Translations under genes and position numbers: made by a program
The notes under the pieces: model-generated
Database searches by the model: none
What the model was told of the DNA's origin: nothing
What the model saw: the letters and a program-made list of their open reading frames with translations, nothing else
Assembly: GCF_964204645.1 (NCBI RefSeq)
Contig: NC_134028.1
Coordinates: forward strand, 22,936,345-23,000,344
Reading direction: 5' to 3'
Length of the DNA stretch: 64,000 bases
Origin: Tubulanus polymorphus
Taxonomy: Eukaryota > Animalia > Nemertea
Part shown: positions 63,022-64,000 of the stretch, piece after piece
Numbering within the stretch: position 1 is the stretch's first letter
How the letters are laid out: the number at the start of each line of letters is the position of its first letter

Positions 63022-64000
63022 CGATGATAATGATTAAGCCTTATATTTGGAAGGATTTCATACACGGTTACATTCCGGGACAATTTCTAACTAATTTCAA
63101 AAAGAAATTTCTTGAGACTGGTCGATTTGCTATCGAATACAAGATTCATACAATTCTATGATTCCCAAGTTGTTTTGACATCGTGAAATCGAGAAAAGTA
63201 TTGACAAAAATTCACAAGACTAGCCTAGATGATTTTTTTTTTGGTATTGACCATTATGGAACGCAAGACGTCGTTTCAGCAATCTATTATTTTTTTCAGT
63301 CAACCCGCTAGGTTGTAACGTTGGTTTTGAGCGCGAGTCTTTATCCCCATCTTAATCATGTTCCAGAGCAAAACAGCTTGTTCAACTTTCTTTCAATTTA
63401 AGTCCACGTAAGCTAAATATGTATATATCTAATACAAAATGAAAGCGTCATTTTCATTATGCATGATCGAACAAAATTCTCTCAACACAATCCGATTTTC
63501 GATCAATAAAACTACGCAATAGTAAAATGATTATAGATGCATGTTTAATGGAAGACGCTTCAGCAGGAAGTGCTGATCCAAGGTTCAACTGGAAGCCTTA
63601 TCATCACGTGAACATGAATCATTCATATGTATCGTGTTGAAACTCACTAAACCTACATTTCTTCTTGCATTCGGATTTCAGTTCGACATTTAATTATTAA
63701 TTTCCAGCAAATGTGAATCAATTTATAATGCCGCTATTCTCGGCGTTTGTAACGTGATTATTTCGCGCATGACTGATGAGAAGTTGATGATGACGTCACT
63801 TCCCATTAGTTAAGATTAAATCTCGTATATCAGTGACAGAAGATGTGATCTGGCGACAGATCATTGGTTAATTGCTGTCCGCGATTGATGGGCTTAGATC
63901 ACAAGACTAACACAACTAACTGCTCGCTAACTGGCAGTTTCCTGTTTTCTTTTTTTGTCTGGGTTTAGTCGCACAATCAAGATTCACGGCCAGGCTAAGT

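Overview
AT-rich, CpG-undepleted eukaryotic (invertebrate-type) genomic DNA; most entries in the ORF track are spurious. The one clear protein gene is a 5-coding-exon tachykinin-receptor-family GPCR on + (CDS 39452-46768, 401 aa). It has the four intron positions known from vertebrate TACR genes, three overlapping uORFs and a spliced 5' UTR whose upstream exon may lie near 10.3 kb. A small, probably secreted PAN/Apple-like ORF lies on - at the window start. RNA genes: one canonical tRNA-Phe(GAA), one single-mismatch copy, two decayed Phe copies and a 5'-truncated tRNA-Asp-like sequence. The rest is intron/intergenic DNA with a CORE-SINE, several MITE families and microsatellites. The most unusual signals are (i) several minimal type I hammerhead-ribozyme-like motifs (best 27343-27386 + and 46323-46373 -), some in inverted-repeat cassettes, (ii) ultra-short 30-42 bp CATGGAC-type insertions each with an exact 7-bp target-site duplication, (iii) a foldback MITE apparently nested in a copy of itself and (iv) antisense, frame-disrupted gene-like segments. 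All calls were made by eye; no searches or folding were run.
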